From Macrostomum lignano (Eukaryota): DNA of 64,000 nucleotides. The notes beneath the pieces were generated by a model. That model was given only the letters and a program-made list of their open reading frames with translations, searched no databases and was not told the origin of the DNA. Of this stretch, positions 1 to 12,250 are shown piece after piece. Position numbers and translations under genes: made by a program. Each line of letters begins with the position of its first letter. The stretch's first letter is position 1. The stretch is taken from assembly GCA_002269645.1 (NCBI GenBank), contig NIVC01000746.1:390275-454274 (forward strand), given 5' to 3'.

Positions 1-319
1 CCTAGCCATTTGGGATTGAGAGTTGGGCTGCAATAGCTATAGGGAATGATCTAGATCTGGTCCAGCATTGGCTTACTATTCAATGGGATTTATTGCTGAA
101 GTGTCCAGGGAAAAATAAAACACCGGTCACATGATTGCAGCTGCTCATGTCGAACAGCCAATGAGAGCAGAGTAAATTCCCTCTACTCAGCCGCTCAACC
201 GGCTTGAGCTGCGGGAATAAAGCTTAGCGCGAGGGTCAACCGAGCAGCACGAGCGCTACTCGGGAGTCCCAGAGCTAGAATATCAAGACACTAGCCTTCC
301 CAAGCTAGAAGCAGTCGCT

Positions 320-558
320 ATGAACCTCCCCGGTAGCATCGCAAACAGCCTGGGCGGCAAGGGCATCGCCGACTTTCTCGTGTCAACGCTGACGGGTGAC
401 AGCAAGCCGGGCGTCTCGGCGTCCTCCGCCGGAGCGTCGGCGTCGCGCTACAGCAACGGGGCCGGTGCGGCCAGGGCGTCGCCGAGGCGATTCCCGGACA
501 GCCACCAGCAAAGGCAGCAGCACTACCAGCAGCAGTACCAACAGCACAGGTCGCCAAG

Positions 559-613
<55 letters not shown>

Positions 614-1576
614 GAGACCAGCCTGTTCAGCTTGATGGCCAAAAGCGCCGAGGCGATGGGCGCCACGGCCTCCGGGATGAACAGCGGAGCGGACAAGCGG
701 CCGGAGCACGAGACCAACGGCGAAGTGTTCGAAGAGGGCTCCGAGCAGAACCTCGGTCGTTTGAACTTTGTTATCAGCTACGATTGGAACGACCGACATC
801 TGACAATAAAAATCTGCCAGGCCCAGAAGCTGCCCGCTATGGACTTTCCAATGGGCACGTCAGATCCGTACTGTAAGATCAGCATCTTGCCTGACAAGGG
901 CAACAAGGTGAAAACTAAAATAAAAATGCGCAAACTCAATCCCAAGTGGAACGAAGTGTTCGTATTCGAGGACTTCCCAGGCGAGAGACTGCTGGATCGG
1001 ACGCTGTTCATCCAGGTGTACGACTACGACAGGTTCAGCCGGGACGACTCTATCGGAGACATCCAGTTCCCGCTGATGTATCTGTACGATGAGAGCAAGA
1101 AGAAGCGCTCCTATAACCTGTGGCGCCAACTGCAGCCAAATAAGAAAACTCGAGGCTACGTAGGCGACGTGATGGTCTCTCTCGGCTACAACCCGCAGAG
1201 CAGCCAGCTCACCCTGGTGACGATTCGAGCTCGCGACCTAAAGGCTATGGATCTGGGCCGAACCTCCGATCCCTATTGCGTAGTGAAGCTGATTCACAGC
1301 AAGACTAATAAAGAGTGCGACAAGAAGAAAGGCACCGTCATCTACAAGAACTTGAATCCGCAGTGGGACGAGTCGTTCAACTTCACGGTCAGCCCGGATA
1401 AGATACACGAATACCAGCTCGAGCTGGTGGTCAAGGACAAAGACTTCATCGGATCGGACACGATCGGCAAGATCCGGCTGGGCACCAGGTCCGGCACCGA
1501 GGAGTCCAAGCACTGGACAGAAATGATGAACAGGCCGCGACAGCAGGTGTCTAAGTGGCACACGCTCAAGCATTGA
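320..1576 (+). CDS. Syt7: Synaptotagmin-7-like tandem C2 protein, 418 aa, single exon, no transmembrane segment, polyQ N-terminus
   Basis: ATG-to-TGA ORF. C2A (LPAMDFPMGTSDPY...FVFEDFPGERLLDRTLFIQVYDYDRFSRDDSIGD) and C2B (ARDLKAMDLGRTSDPY...KDKDFIGSDTIGKI...RPRQQVSKWHTLK) resemble Syt7 as I recall it ([40 protein letters not shown]). In-frame TAA at 218-220 upstream. Confidence 0.85.
560..613 (+). repeat. (CAG)16-CAA-CAG coding polyQ tract (18 Q)
   Basis: Read directly from the sequence, in frame with the Syt7-like ORF. Confidence 0.95.
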
Positions 1577-1975
1577 GCAGGCGGCTGGCACAGCAACAAA
1601 GACTTCAACTATTGGTGCCGAGGTCGAGATGTGGAACATATTAAAACCAAGGACTACTTAAGTCCTTGATTAAAACCCGGGCGGAACCAAATCTGAACTA
1701 AACAATGGCAACCGGCCATTAATTGCATTGTTGTGTAATTGCGTTAACGCTTGTTGTGCTAATGCTCTAAATTATCAATCACTCCCCTCTCGCAGCCCGA
1801 ACCCTCGCAGCGTTAGGCATAAACCATTGCATCGTTTGAGCATAAACATCTGTATACACTATGTGGATTAGCGAGCTGTTGTGCTTGAACTGTGTACGAG
1901 CTATGTGTGTAGGCTGTGGGCACCAATTCAATGACACCATTAGAAGCCAGTATTGACGCACCAAGAATTGCACGT

Positions 1976-2208
1976 GACTCTTTTCTAGAGTGTTTTTACT
2001 AGAGTATCTCTTCTGACAGTCTCTCTAACTCTACGTCTCTCGATTCGGGTCAAAGGACTCTTTTCTAGAGTGTTTTTACTAGAGTATCTCTTCTGACAGT
2101 CTCTCTAACTCTACGTCTCTCGATTCGGGTCAAAGGACTCTTTTCTAGAGTGTCTTTATCTCTTCTAGCTGTCTCTCTCTAACTCTACGTCTCTCGATTC
2201 GGGTCAAA
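1976..2208. repeat. 80-bp tandem repeat, about 3 copies
   Basis: GACTCTTTTCTAGAGTG...CTCTAACTCTACGTCTCTCGATTCGGGTCAAA recurs at 1976, 2056 and 2136 (third copy degenerate). Confidence 0.9.
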
Positions 2209-3615
2209 TGAATATTTTCTACTAAATTACTACTAAATTACTACTAAATCCACTATATTTTTCTATTTCTTCTTCAACTCAGCTTCTACGCCTAGTATAT
2301 TAAAGCAAAATCTTGTATTCATCTATTTTTTTTGTTTCTCAGTCTCGTTATGTTGCCGCCGTATGTTTAATCTGTGAATAACTTTATGAAGTAATTAAAT
2401 ACGAATAAACACTGTGGGAGTTAAGGGATGCGGTTCATCCAGCAAGCATGATGAGACTGTTTTGGGTTTTTCTGTGCGAACCAGACCCTCTGGTAGACAC
2501 AGAACATGATGGACCAGTCTGCCCGAGTCCACTCTGTACTCTGGCTAATGCCCAACAAAAGGGCCTGGCGTAGTGGAGAGGTGTTATTGAAACGTTATTT
2601 ACGATTTGTTTACTCAGCGTCTCTGCTTCATCTCCACTGCTCCTTCATCACAGATCTCTCTATGCGACTCTAAAGCCTGCAAAATGCCTCGGAAAGATAA
2701 AGCTGATTACACAAGCTCAAGTACTAAGCATTGAGGCTTGAGCTGCTGAAAATGCGACTCCAAGTATAGCAGAGGAGTGGAGAGGAGAGGGAAGATTTTA
2801 TGCTAGAAAAGTTCGTGAACATAATTATTGTTACAAAAGAAGTTATCATTTTCAGACTGTCCAAAAGACCCTGAAGTAAAAAAAAAGCTGTTGAGCAGTT
2901 GGTAGAATTGACTGTTAAAAACATGAATGAGAAATCTTACATAGCAGTGTGAATGCTGCAATAACAGGAAGAGGATATGGAGACAGCCCAGAGCAGGGAA
3001 TAAACTGCTAGAAAGAAAAACAGGGACCGGATAGTGACTGTAGAGGGGAAGAAAAAGCGCCAGGGAGGGAGTGTAGTAATATAAAGCTGGGAAGTGGTAG
3101 ATAGCTGAGTACCACAGTTGGTATGCATAAACGGAAATGCTATAGCACGCATGAAGATGACTTAAGAAGGATTAGCGCGCTCAAAGTCCAAAGACACAGT
3201 ATAGGGTTTAAATGGTAAACAGATACAATTAGCAGATATAATGCGTATTGGGAACCAGCTTAGGCCCACAGAGATATTACATGGCATCGTAATTCATAGT
3301 GAGAATTTGCTCAATGTCAAGAACAATGTCAAGCAGTTGCAGTCAGTAGGCAAATGCAGCTATCCAGTCGCTTACACTGCATTCGGCCGCTCTGTGAAAA
3401 AAGAGTCTTTTGAGGAAAAACGGGAAGAAATCCTAGAGAAGCGGAAGTTGCCAATCGCTGAGTTTCCTGAGACTGCAAGAAATGATTTATGACAGTTGAT
3501 GAGGCCCCGAGTTCATTTCCTTAGCGACCTGTTTGAACTGGTTGGATAGATCGCATATCTAGCCATGCGTGAGACAGCAGGCAATGGATGCTTTATTTCG
3601 TGTCGAACTCGTGTG

Positions 3616-3644
3616 CCAAAGGTCCCAGGTTCGATCTCCAGTGC
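3616..3644 (+). mobile_element. Possible tRNA-derived SINE remnant (B-box-like)
   Basis: CCAAAGGTCCCAGGTTCGATCTCCAGTGC contains a GGTTCGA-type B box. A similar string lies at 55589-55616. No cloverleaf found. Confidence 0.25.
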
Positions 3645-4584
3645 CTCGGCTTAATAAATTGATGCACACTCAAATAACTCTTCGTGGTCTAGAAAAACGT
3701 GAGTAAATATATGCAAATAATTTTTATGTGAAGACACTAAAAGTGAAAATTAGAACTTTCGTTGATACTTTACTTTGCCGATATGTATCGAAAGTTATTT
3801 TCGCTCAATAAATTTGTTCAGTAAAACATTAACCACTTCTCTCTATGGCGCACTTTAAAACAAACAACAAACTCCTGTAGGAAAAAATCTGATCACACAG
3901 AGGGCAGAGTGAGCACTCGGCTATTCCCCCTATAGGAAGGGGGTTAATTTCAGCCTCGGGACTGAAATCCCCTTTGCATTCCTCCGGAGAAGCTCCGGCT
4001 CGGGCAGCTTTGGAGACGATTTCTAAGAAAAAAATAGGCTTTTCGCCGTTCATTCTTCTTCTGGCCAGCAGCAATTGGCGAGCGATCAGGGGCTCAGTTG
4101 AGCTGCTGCTGGGACAACAGGGGCTGAAGGGGAGAACTAAGAAGCGAGGAGAGGAGCAGAGAGGAGGGAATTCGCGTGATTGATGCGGCTCATTCGAGAG
4201 GAAGATCGAGCCCTGACGGCTGGAATAGGAGACAAGGAGAGGGGAGAATAGAAGGCAGACAGGAAGAGGGTCAAGTATGGCTTAGTAGGTGCCATCCCCT
4301 GTAGGCCTCGAAATCGGGACTCGAACGGCAGCTCATAAATTTCTGAAGTTGCTCATTTGAGGTTTAAGATGGAATTTGGAACAGTTCCATTGGCGAAAGG
4401 TGCGGCTAAGAATTGAAGGGTTTCAAATTAAACCAGATTTATTGCTGGCTTAGCAGATGTCAAGTTGTCAGAGTTTGACGATATCGGGAGTTCGTGACGG
4501 AAACAGTTTTACTGCGATGGCGCTCTTACTGCGAGCCTCAGTACCTCACCTTTGTGACTTGGTTGGTTGGGAGAGATTATGAAA

Positions 4585-5256
4585 CAGAAGAGAAGAGAGG
4601 AGAGAAGGGGAGAGGGGAAGAGAGGAGAGGAGGGAAGAGAAGAGGAGATGAGAGGAGAGGAGATGGGAGGAAAGGAGAGGAGAGGATAGGAGAGGAGAGG
4701 AGAGGAGAGGAGAGGAGAGGAGAGGAGAGAAGAGGAAAGGGGAGGAGAGGAGAGAAGAGGAGAGGAGAGAAGAGGAGAGGGGAGAGAGAGAAGAGGAGAA
4801 GGAGAGGAGAGGAGAGGGGAGAGGAGAGGAGGAGAGGAGGAGGAGAGGGGAGGAGAGGAGAGAAGAGGAGAGGAGAGAGGAGGAGGAGAGGGGAGAGAGA
4901 GAGGAGAGGAGAGGAGGAAAGAGGAGGAGAGGAGAGGAGAGGAGAGGAGAGGAGAGGGGAGGAGAGGAGAGGAGGGAAGAGAAGAGGAGATGGGAGGAAA
5001 GGAGAGGAGAGGAGAGGAGAGGAGAGGAGAGGAGAGGAGAGGAGAGGAGAGGAGAGGAGAGGAGAGGAGAGAGGAGAGGAGAGGAGAGAGAGGAGAGGAG
5101 AGAGAGGAGAGGAGAGGAGAGGAGAGAAGAGGAGAGAGGAGAGGAGAGGAGGAGAGGAGAGGAGGAGAGGAGGAGAGAAGAGGAGAAGGGAGAGAGGAGA
5201 GGGGAGGAGAGGAGAGGAGGGAGGAGAGGGGAGGAGAGGAGAGGGGAGGAGAGGGA
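4585..5256. repeat. Polypurine (AGAGG)n-type degenerate microsatellite
   Basis: Almost pure A/G on the + strand. Confidence 0.95.
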
Positions 5257-5757
5257 CAGCAGTGGAAAAGAGGGAAGAACAGAAGGGAGAGCGAAGGGGA
5301 GGAGAGAAACGGAGAAGACCAAGACAGCGCATCAACCTGGCCGCACTACCTGGCTAATTAGCCGTGTCTTTACTTTGACATGCCAACAAACAAGGAGAAA
5401 GGAAACAGAAAGCAGGCGGAAGGAAATCTGATTGCCTGACTCCGAGCCACGTCTGGTCTAATTAGATAGCCCGAAGGATTTCAAAGGCGGGCTCTTGGAC
5501 ACTGAACTCGTTAGAAAGCAACATGTCCGCCCTCTGCTCGTTGGGGTTGCCTCAAGTTTTGACCGATAGCTGAGCTGGGATGCCGCACTGTTGTGGCTTC
5601 TGTCTGCTAGTGGAGCCATGGGGCTTCTGCTCTGGAGCGGGAAGCGGCAAACGCTTTGGTTTAATAAGAAGGCTTCAGTTAACCTTGAAGAGAGGGGGGG
5701 TAATTTAACGGGTGCGGTGAACGTCAGAGTCGAATGTAGCTTGCTTTGATCATATGG

Positions 5758-7104
5758 TGTGAGATTGAGTACAGGATGTGATATTGAGTACAGGATGTGA
5801 GATTGAGTACAGGATGTGAGATTGAGTACAGGATGTGAGATTGAGTACAGATCCTGTAAGATTGAGTACAGATCCTGTGAGATTGAGTACAGGATGTGAG
5901 ATTGAGTACATGGTGTGAGATTGAGTACAGAATGGGAGATTGAGTACAGATCCTGTGAGATTGAGTACAGAATGGGAGATTGAGTACAGATCCTGTGAGA
6001 TTGAGTACAGAATGGGAGATTGAGTACAGATCCTGTGAGATTGAGTACAGATCCTGTGAGATTGAGTACAGATCCTGTGAGATTGAGTGCAGAATGTGAG
6101 ATTGAGTACATGGTGTGAGATTGAGTACAGGATGTGAGATTGAGTACTGATCCTGTGAGATTGAGTACAGATCCTGTGAGATTGAGTACAGATCCTGTGA
6201 GATCGAGTATAGATCCTGTGAGATTGAGTACAGATCCTGTGAGATTGAGTACAGATCCTGTGAGATTGAGTACAGGATGTGAGATTGAGTACAGGATGTG
6301 AGATTGAGTACAGATCCTGTGAGATTGAGTACAGGATGTGAGATTGAGTGCAGAATGTGAGATTGAGTACAGGATGTGAGATTGAGTGCAGAATGTGAGA
6401 TTGAGTACAGGATGTGAGATTGAGTACAGATCCTGTGAGATTGAGTACAGGATGTGAGATTGAGTACAGGATGTGAGATTGAGTACAGGATGTGAGATTG
6501 AGTACAGGATGTGAGATTGAGTACAGGATGTGAGATTGAGTACAGGATGTGAGATTGAGTACAGATCCTGTGAGATTGAGTACAGGATGTGAGATTGAGT
6601 ACAGGATGTGAGATTGAGTACAGGATGTGAGATTGAGTGCAGAATGTGAGATTGAGTACAGGATGTGAGATTGAGTACAGGATGTGAGATTGAGTACAGG
6701 ATGTGAGATTGAGTACAGGATGTGAGATTGAGTACAGGATGTGAGATTGAGTACAGGATGTGAGATTGAGTACAGGATGTGAGATTGAGTACAGGATGTG
6801 AGATGGAGTACAGGATGTGAGATTGAGTACAGGATGTGAGATTGAGTACAGGATGTGAGATTGAGTGCAGAATGTGAGATGGAGTACAGAATGTGAGATT
6901 GAGTACAGGATGTGAGATTGAGTACAGGATGTGAGATTGAGTACAGGATGTGAGATTGAGTGCAGAATGTGAGATTGAGTACAGAATGTGAGATTGAGTA
7001 CAGAATGTGAGATTGAGTACAGAATGTGAGATTGAGTACAGAATGTGAGATTGAGTACAGAATGTGAGATTGAGTACAGGATGTGAGATTGAGTACAGGA
7101 TGTG
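5758..7104. repeat. 19/22-bp minisatellite TGTGAGATTGAGTACAGGA (variant with GATCC)
   Basis: Direct tandem repetition, with a degenerate tail to about 7165. Confidence 0.95.
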
Positions 7105-7694
7105 TGGCTAGCTAAGTACAGGGTAAAAGATCAAGCACAGGATGTTTGGTTGAGTACAGGATGTGACCTGAAGTATGAGCGTAGTATGACCCCGAGGTGC
7201 AGGAATTGAGGTGGAAAAAATGCGACACATCTCTTAGACCCAGGATTAAAGATAGAATAAGATAGATACATACAGAGATTCATGTGGAAAAAGGCAGCTC
7301 TAAATCCACACTTTAATACCAGGGCCAAGCCCCGGAAGAAGGGAGAAGTCACGTGCAAATGATTTCAGAAATTTAAGCTTAGATTTTGTTATAGTTATAT
7401 TTTATGTTTTTTTTTCGTGCCAGGCCACCAATTTTAGAAATGAAAGCGTTTAGCGGGAGATTAAATTGGCCAAAGAGAATGAAGAACATGACCCCCATAT
7501 AAAAGATGAGGATTTTTAATCGACTAAATCAAAGTAGAAGAAAAGAAGAAAGGCAGATGGATGGAATTGAAGTGGGGCAGGGAAAAGAACTCAAATCGTT
7601 TTTCTTTAAGATAGACTTAAAACTGCCGACACAAAAGGCTTAGAAAAGGGGTAGATAAGAGATAAAGGATAACGAGAGACTGGTAAAGCAGACA

Positions 7695-8962
7695 TGAGAG
7701 ACATTGAGATGAGAGACACTGAGATAAGAGACTAAGATGGGAGACACTGAGATGAGAGACAATGAGATAAGAGACACTGAGATGAGATGAGATGGGAGAC
7801 ACTGAGATGAGAGACACTGAGATGGGAGACACTGAGATGAGAGACACTGAGATGAGATGAGATGGGAGACACTGAGATGAGAGACACTGAGATGAGAGAC
7901 ATTGAGATGAGAGACACTGAGATGGGAGACACTGAGATGAGAGACACTGAGACACTGAGATGAGAGACACTGAGACACTGAGATGAGAGACACTGAGATA
8001 AGAGACACTGAGATGAGAGACACTGAGATGAGAGACACTAAGATGGGAGACACTGAGATGAGAGACATTGAGATGAGAGACACTGAGATGGGAGACACTG
8101 AGATGAGAGACACTAAAATGAGAGACACTGAGATGAGAGACACTGAGATAAGAGACTAAGATGGGAGACACTGAGATGAGAGACTCTGAGATGAGATGAG
8201 ATGGAAGACACTGAGGTGAAATGACACTTTGATAGAGACACTGAGATGAGAGACACTGAGATGAGAGACACTGAGATGAGAGACACTGAGACACTGAGAT
8301 GAGAGACACTGAGATGAGAGACTCTGAGATGAGATGAGATGGAAGACACTGAGGTGAAATGACACTTTGATAGAGATACTGAGATGAGAGACACTGAGAC
8401 ACTGAGATGAGAGACACTGAGACACTGAGATGAGAGACACTGAGACACTGAGATGAGAGACACTGAGACACTGAGATGAGAGACACTGAGACACTGAGAT
8501 GAGAGACACTGAGATGAGAGACTCTGAGATGAGATGAGATGGAAGACACTGAGGTGAAATGACACTTTGATAGAGACACTGAGATGAGAGACACTGAGAT
8601 GAGAGACACTGAGATGAGAGACACTGAGATGAGAGACACTGAGACACTGAGATGAGAGACACTGAGATGAGAGACTCTGAGATGAGATGAGATGGAAGAC
8701 ACTGAGGTGAAATGACACTTTGATAGAGATACTGAGATGAGAGACACTGAGACACTGAGATGAGAGACACTGAGACACTGAGATGAGAGACACTGAGACA
8801 CTGAGATGAGAGACACTGAGACACTGAGATGAGAGACACTGAGACACTGAGATGAGAGACACTGAGACACTGAGATGAGAGACACTGAGATGAGAGACTC
8901 TGAGATGAGATGAGATGGAAGACACTGAGGTGAAATGACACTTTGATAGAGACACTGAGATG
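7695..8962. repeat. 15-bp-based minisatellite GAGACACTGAGATGA with higher-order blocks
   Basis: Tandem units. Diagnostic block GGAAGACACTGAGGTGAAATGACACTTTGATAGAGA recurs five times. Confidence 0.95.
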
Positions 8963-11342
8963 CACAGTCTCGGATTTGTTCGGAGTCACCTGCATGGAAG
9001 TCACATTCAATCGTCTGAGCACAAGGTAGTGCGAGTTTGATGGCATGGGCTGCCCTATTGAGTGCTAACGTGAGCTATAAAGCATTAAGAGTGAATAATA
9101 AATTCAAGTTACAAGGAAGCAGCGAGCAAAAAAATTAACGCTGGACACGATGCCCCTAATGGTCTTCATTCGAGCCATCATTATCGCGATCTTGTAAAGG
9201 AGACGAGAAGAGAGGGTCTCAGGTAGCACGCGCTGCAGTCTGACCAGATGTGCCAGGTAAGTAAAATTATAATTGACCTCGCAAGATCCCCCACAGTATA
9301 GAATATAGAGAGGGTCGGTCACCTCAACCCCCTCTGAAACACACAGGAAAGCCGGGCCAGAAGACCTTGAGGAAAAGAGAAGCGATGGCGTGACCGCTCG
9401 ATTTTCGTAGGAAAGGGAATTTTCATTTTTCCCCTATAGACAGTTGGAGAATTCTGAGTGTGTCTGTCCGAATGTCTGTCGAGTATTTCCATTGCAAGTG
9501 AGCCCTTTGACTTGCTTACCTGCAGGAGGCTGTTTGATCTGCAAATCCAAGAGCAGATAAGCCCTTGCTTCTCGGGACATTGTCCGTGTTGTGCATCAAC
9601 GGATGCAAATCTAAGCTACAGCTCATCCGATCTCAATGTCAAAATAGAAACTCAACGATGACTGGGCTCGCATTAGAGCTTCACAAAGGGCTTACAAAGG
9701 AAGTGCGCGACTTTCCAGGAAATCTTGTACCGTTCTTCACCTCTCCCAGGGCGCCATGGCACGGGGCTAATCAAGGCAATGAATCTTTGTCAGCTAGTCC
9801 CTCATCCGGTCACCTGGCCAGTGTGCTCAAACAAAATGGGATATCCAGTTTCAAATAAGATCATTCGATATTGTTACATTGGTCGTAGAAAGAAATTGAT
9901 TTGATAATTTATTGAAATTCTTGGAAAAGTAAATTTCGATATAAAAATATTGCAACACTGCCAACCTCTGCTAACCTTTATTTTGACCCTTTTAGAAGTT
10001 TGAACGCAGTGCAGATTTAATGTCTTGCTAAACCAATCGATGCGTTTGTCCGCGCTGTGGATTCGAAGCTCAAATTAATCGCTCGACCGGCTACTTTGGG
10101 CTGAGCGAAAACGCGAGGCCTGCGAGGGCAGCTATACTGCTTCAGTCTTCTTTTGCCAGAGAGAGAGAGGGAGAGGGAAAAATGGAAGCAAGGCGAAGGG
10201 CGCAGAGGCAGTCAAGCGTAATGGGAATGCATCCCTTCATTGGAGCGTCATCAACGAAAACACACACACAGCAGGGCATCTCTGCACTTTTATAATATTG
10301 TATTGCAGGCAGGATAATCTAGCGAGAGTGTGCCAGCCCCCCCCCCAACCAAATAAGATTATAATCCCCTTGCTCACAAATTTTAAGCTCTTAGCTGGAA
10401 CTTCTTAAAAGCGGACAAACAGGCAAAGTAATTTTAGGTGATGACACACAAAGAATTAGGAAAGTGCCAAGCAGATGTGAAGGGAAACGGCAGAGAGACA
10501 GCAGCCGACAGGATAAAAGAGGGATAGCATCCCACAAAGTTAATCCTACTCTTTCTCAACTCTGCAGTATATCGGAGAGGGTAGCACTGGGAAATTTGCG
10601 TCCTCGGGAAATTTCTCGCCAGCTTTCTTCCCATCGCTTTCCCTCTTTACGCCTCGCATTAACAAGCTGAGCCTGAGATCTGAGAAGTTTCAACGAGCGC
10701 ACACGCGGGGGGGGGCTCCTAGGGATTCTGCTTGGGATAACGGGGGAAAGAGGTGGAGAATGGCAGCAGCGGAAACCGGATCCCAAGGGCGGGTTGCAGA
10801 GGGGCGCAAGTCGCACAATGAGAGCCAGATGCGCCGTCGCGGGCAAGCAGGCAAGAATCAAATAAAAGCTTGGCGAGGAAAGGCAAAGGCGAATAATTTG
10901 ATATTTCTCAGTCGCTGAGCTGTTATCTGCGCTCAGCTGGCAGATTTTTTTTAAAGTAGTCCCCAAAAAAGCAGACTTGAAGGAATTGTAAAAGTAGACA
11001 ACAATAATAGCTTTGGCCTCTTAGATTTTCATACTTAAATTGTTATATTTGTAACGATTTGTTTTTTATAGTGTGCTTTTATATCGAAACTACCAGCTCA
11101 GAACAACAGAACATTGTACTTCATTTACCAATAAATTCAGTACAGTTTGTCCTAAAGACTCGGGAGTGTAAAGAGAAAACAAACTTTCATGATACACTAC
11201 TGAGCAGTAGAAAGATGTGCATTTAAGGAAAAAAATATCGGCATTGTAAACAAGAATTTCTGGAAAAGTTTCGATTGCTACGCTTTCAATCAAACTACGT
11301 TTTTTATGTACGTTACATGTATAAGATAATTTACTGTGGCGG

Positions 11343-12250
11343 GCGGTGGGATCACGGTGCCAGTATATTGATAGGATGGTGACAGCGGTGGGATCACGGT
11401 GTCAGTATATTGATAGGATGGTGACAGCGGTGGGATCACGGTGCCAGTATATTGATAGGGTGGTGACAGCGGTGGGATCACGGTGCCAGTATATTGATAG
11501 GGTGGTGACAGCGGTGGGATCACGGTGCCAGTATATTGATAGGGTGGTGACAGCGGTGGGATCACGGTGCCAGTATATTGATAGGGTGGTGACAGCGGTG
11601 GGATCACGGTGCCAGTATATTGATAGGGTGGTGACAGCGGTGGGATCACGGTGCCAGTATATAGATAGGGTGGTGACAGCGGTGGGATCACGGTGCCAGT
11701 ATATTGATAGGGTGGTGACAGCGGTGGGATCACGGTGCCAGTATATTGATAGGGTGGTGACAGCGGTGGGATCACGGTGCCAGTATATTGATAGGGTGGT
11801 GACAGCGGTGGGATCACGGTGCCAGTATATTGATAGGGTGGTGACAGCGGTGGGATCACGGTGCCAGTATATTGATAGGGTGGTGACAGCGGTGGGATCA
11901 CGGTGCCAGTATATTGATAGGGTGGTGACAGCGGTGGGATCACGGTGCCAGTATATTGATAGGGTGGTGACAGCGGTGGGATCACGGTGCCAGTATATTG
12001 ATAGGGTGGTGACAGCGGTGGGATCACGGTGCCAGTATATAGATAGGGTGGTGACAGCGGTGGGATCACGGTGCCAGTATATAGATAGGGTGGTGACAGC
12101 GGTGGGATCACGGTGCCAGTATATTGATAGGGTGGTGACAGCGGTGGGATCACGGTGCCAGTATATTGATAGGGTGGTGACAGCGGTGGGATCACGGTGC
12201 CAGTATATAGATAGGGTGGTGACAGCGGTGGGATCACGGTGCCAGTATAT
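11343..12250. repeat. 42-bp minisatellite, about 21 copies
   Basis: Unit GACAGCGGTGGGATCACGGTGCCAGTATATTGATAGGGTGGT, nearly identical copies. Confidence 0.97.

Noticed and set aside
2700-3492. Possible decayed transposase or coding remnant
   Set aside because: Short broken frames with no motif I can name.
4523-4534. CTCTTACTGCGA, resembling part of a flatworm spliced-leader as I remember it
   Set aside because: Only 12 nt, with no terminal ATG/GT donor or Sm site nearby. It is compatible with chance, and my recollection of the leader is unverified.
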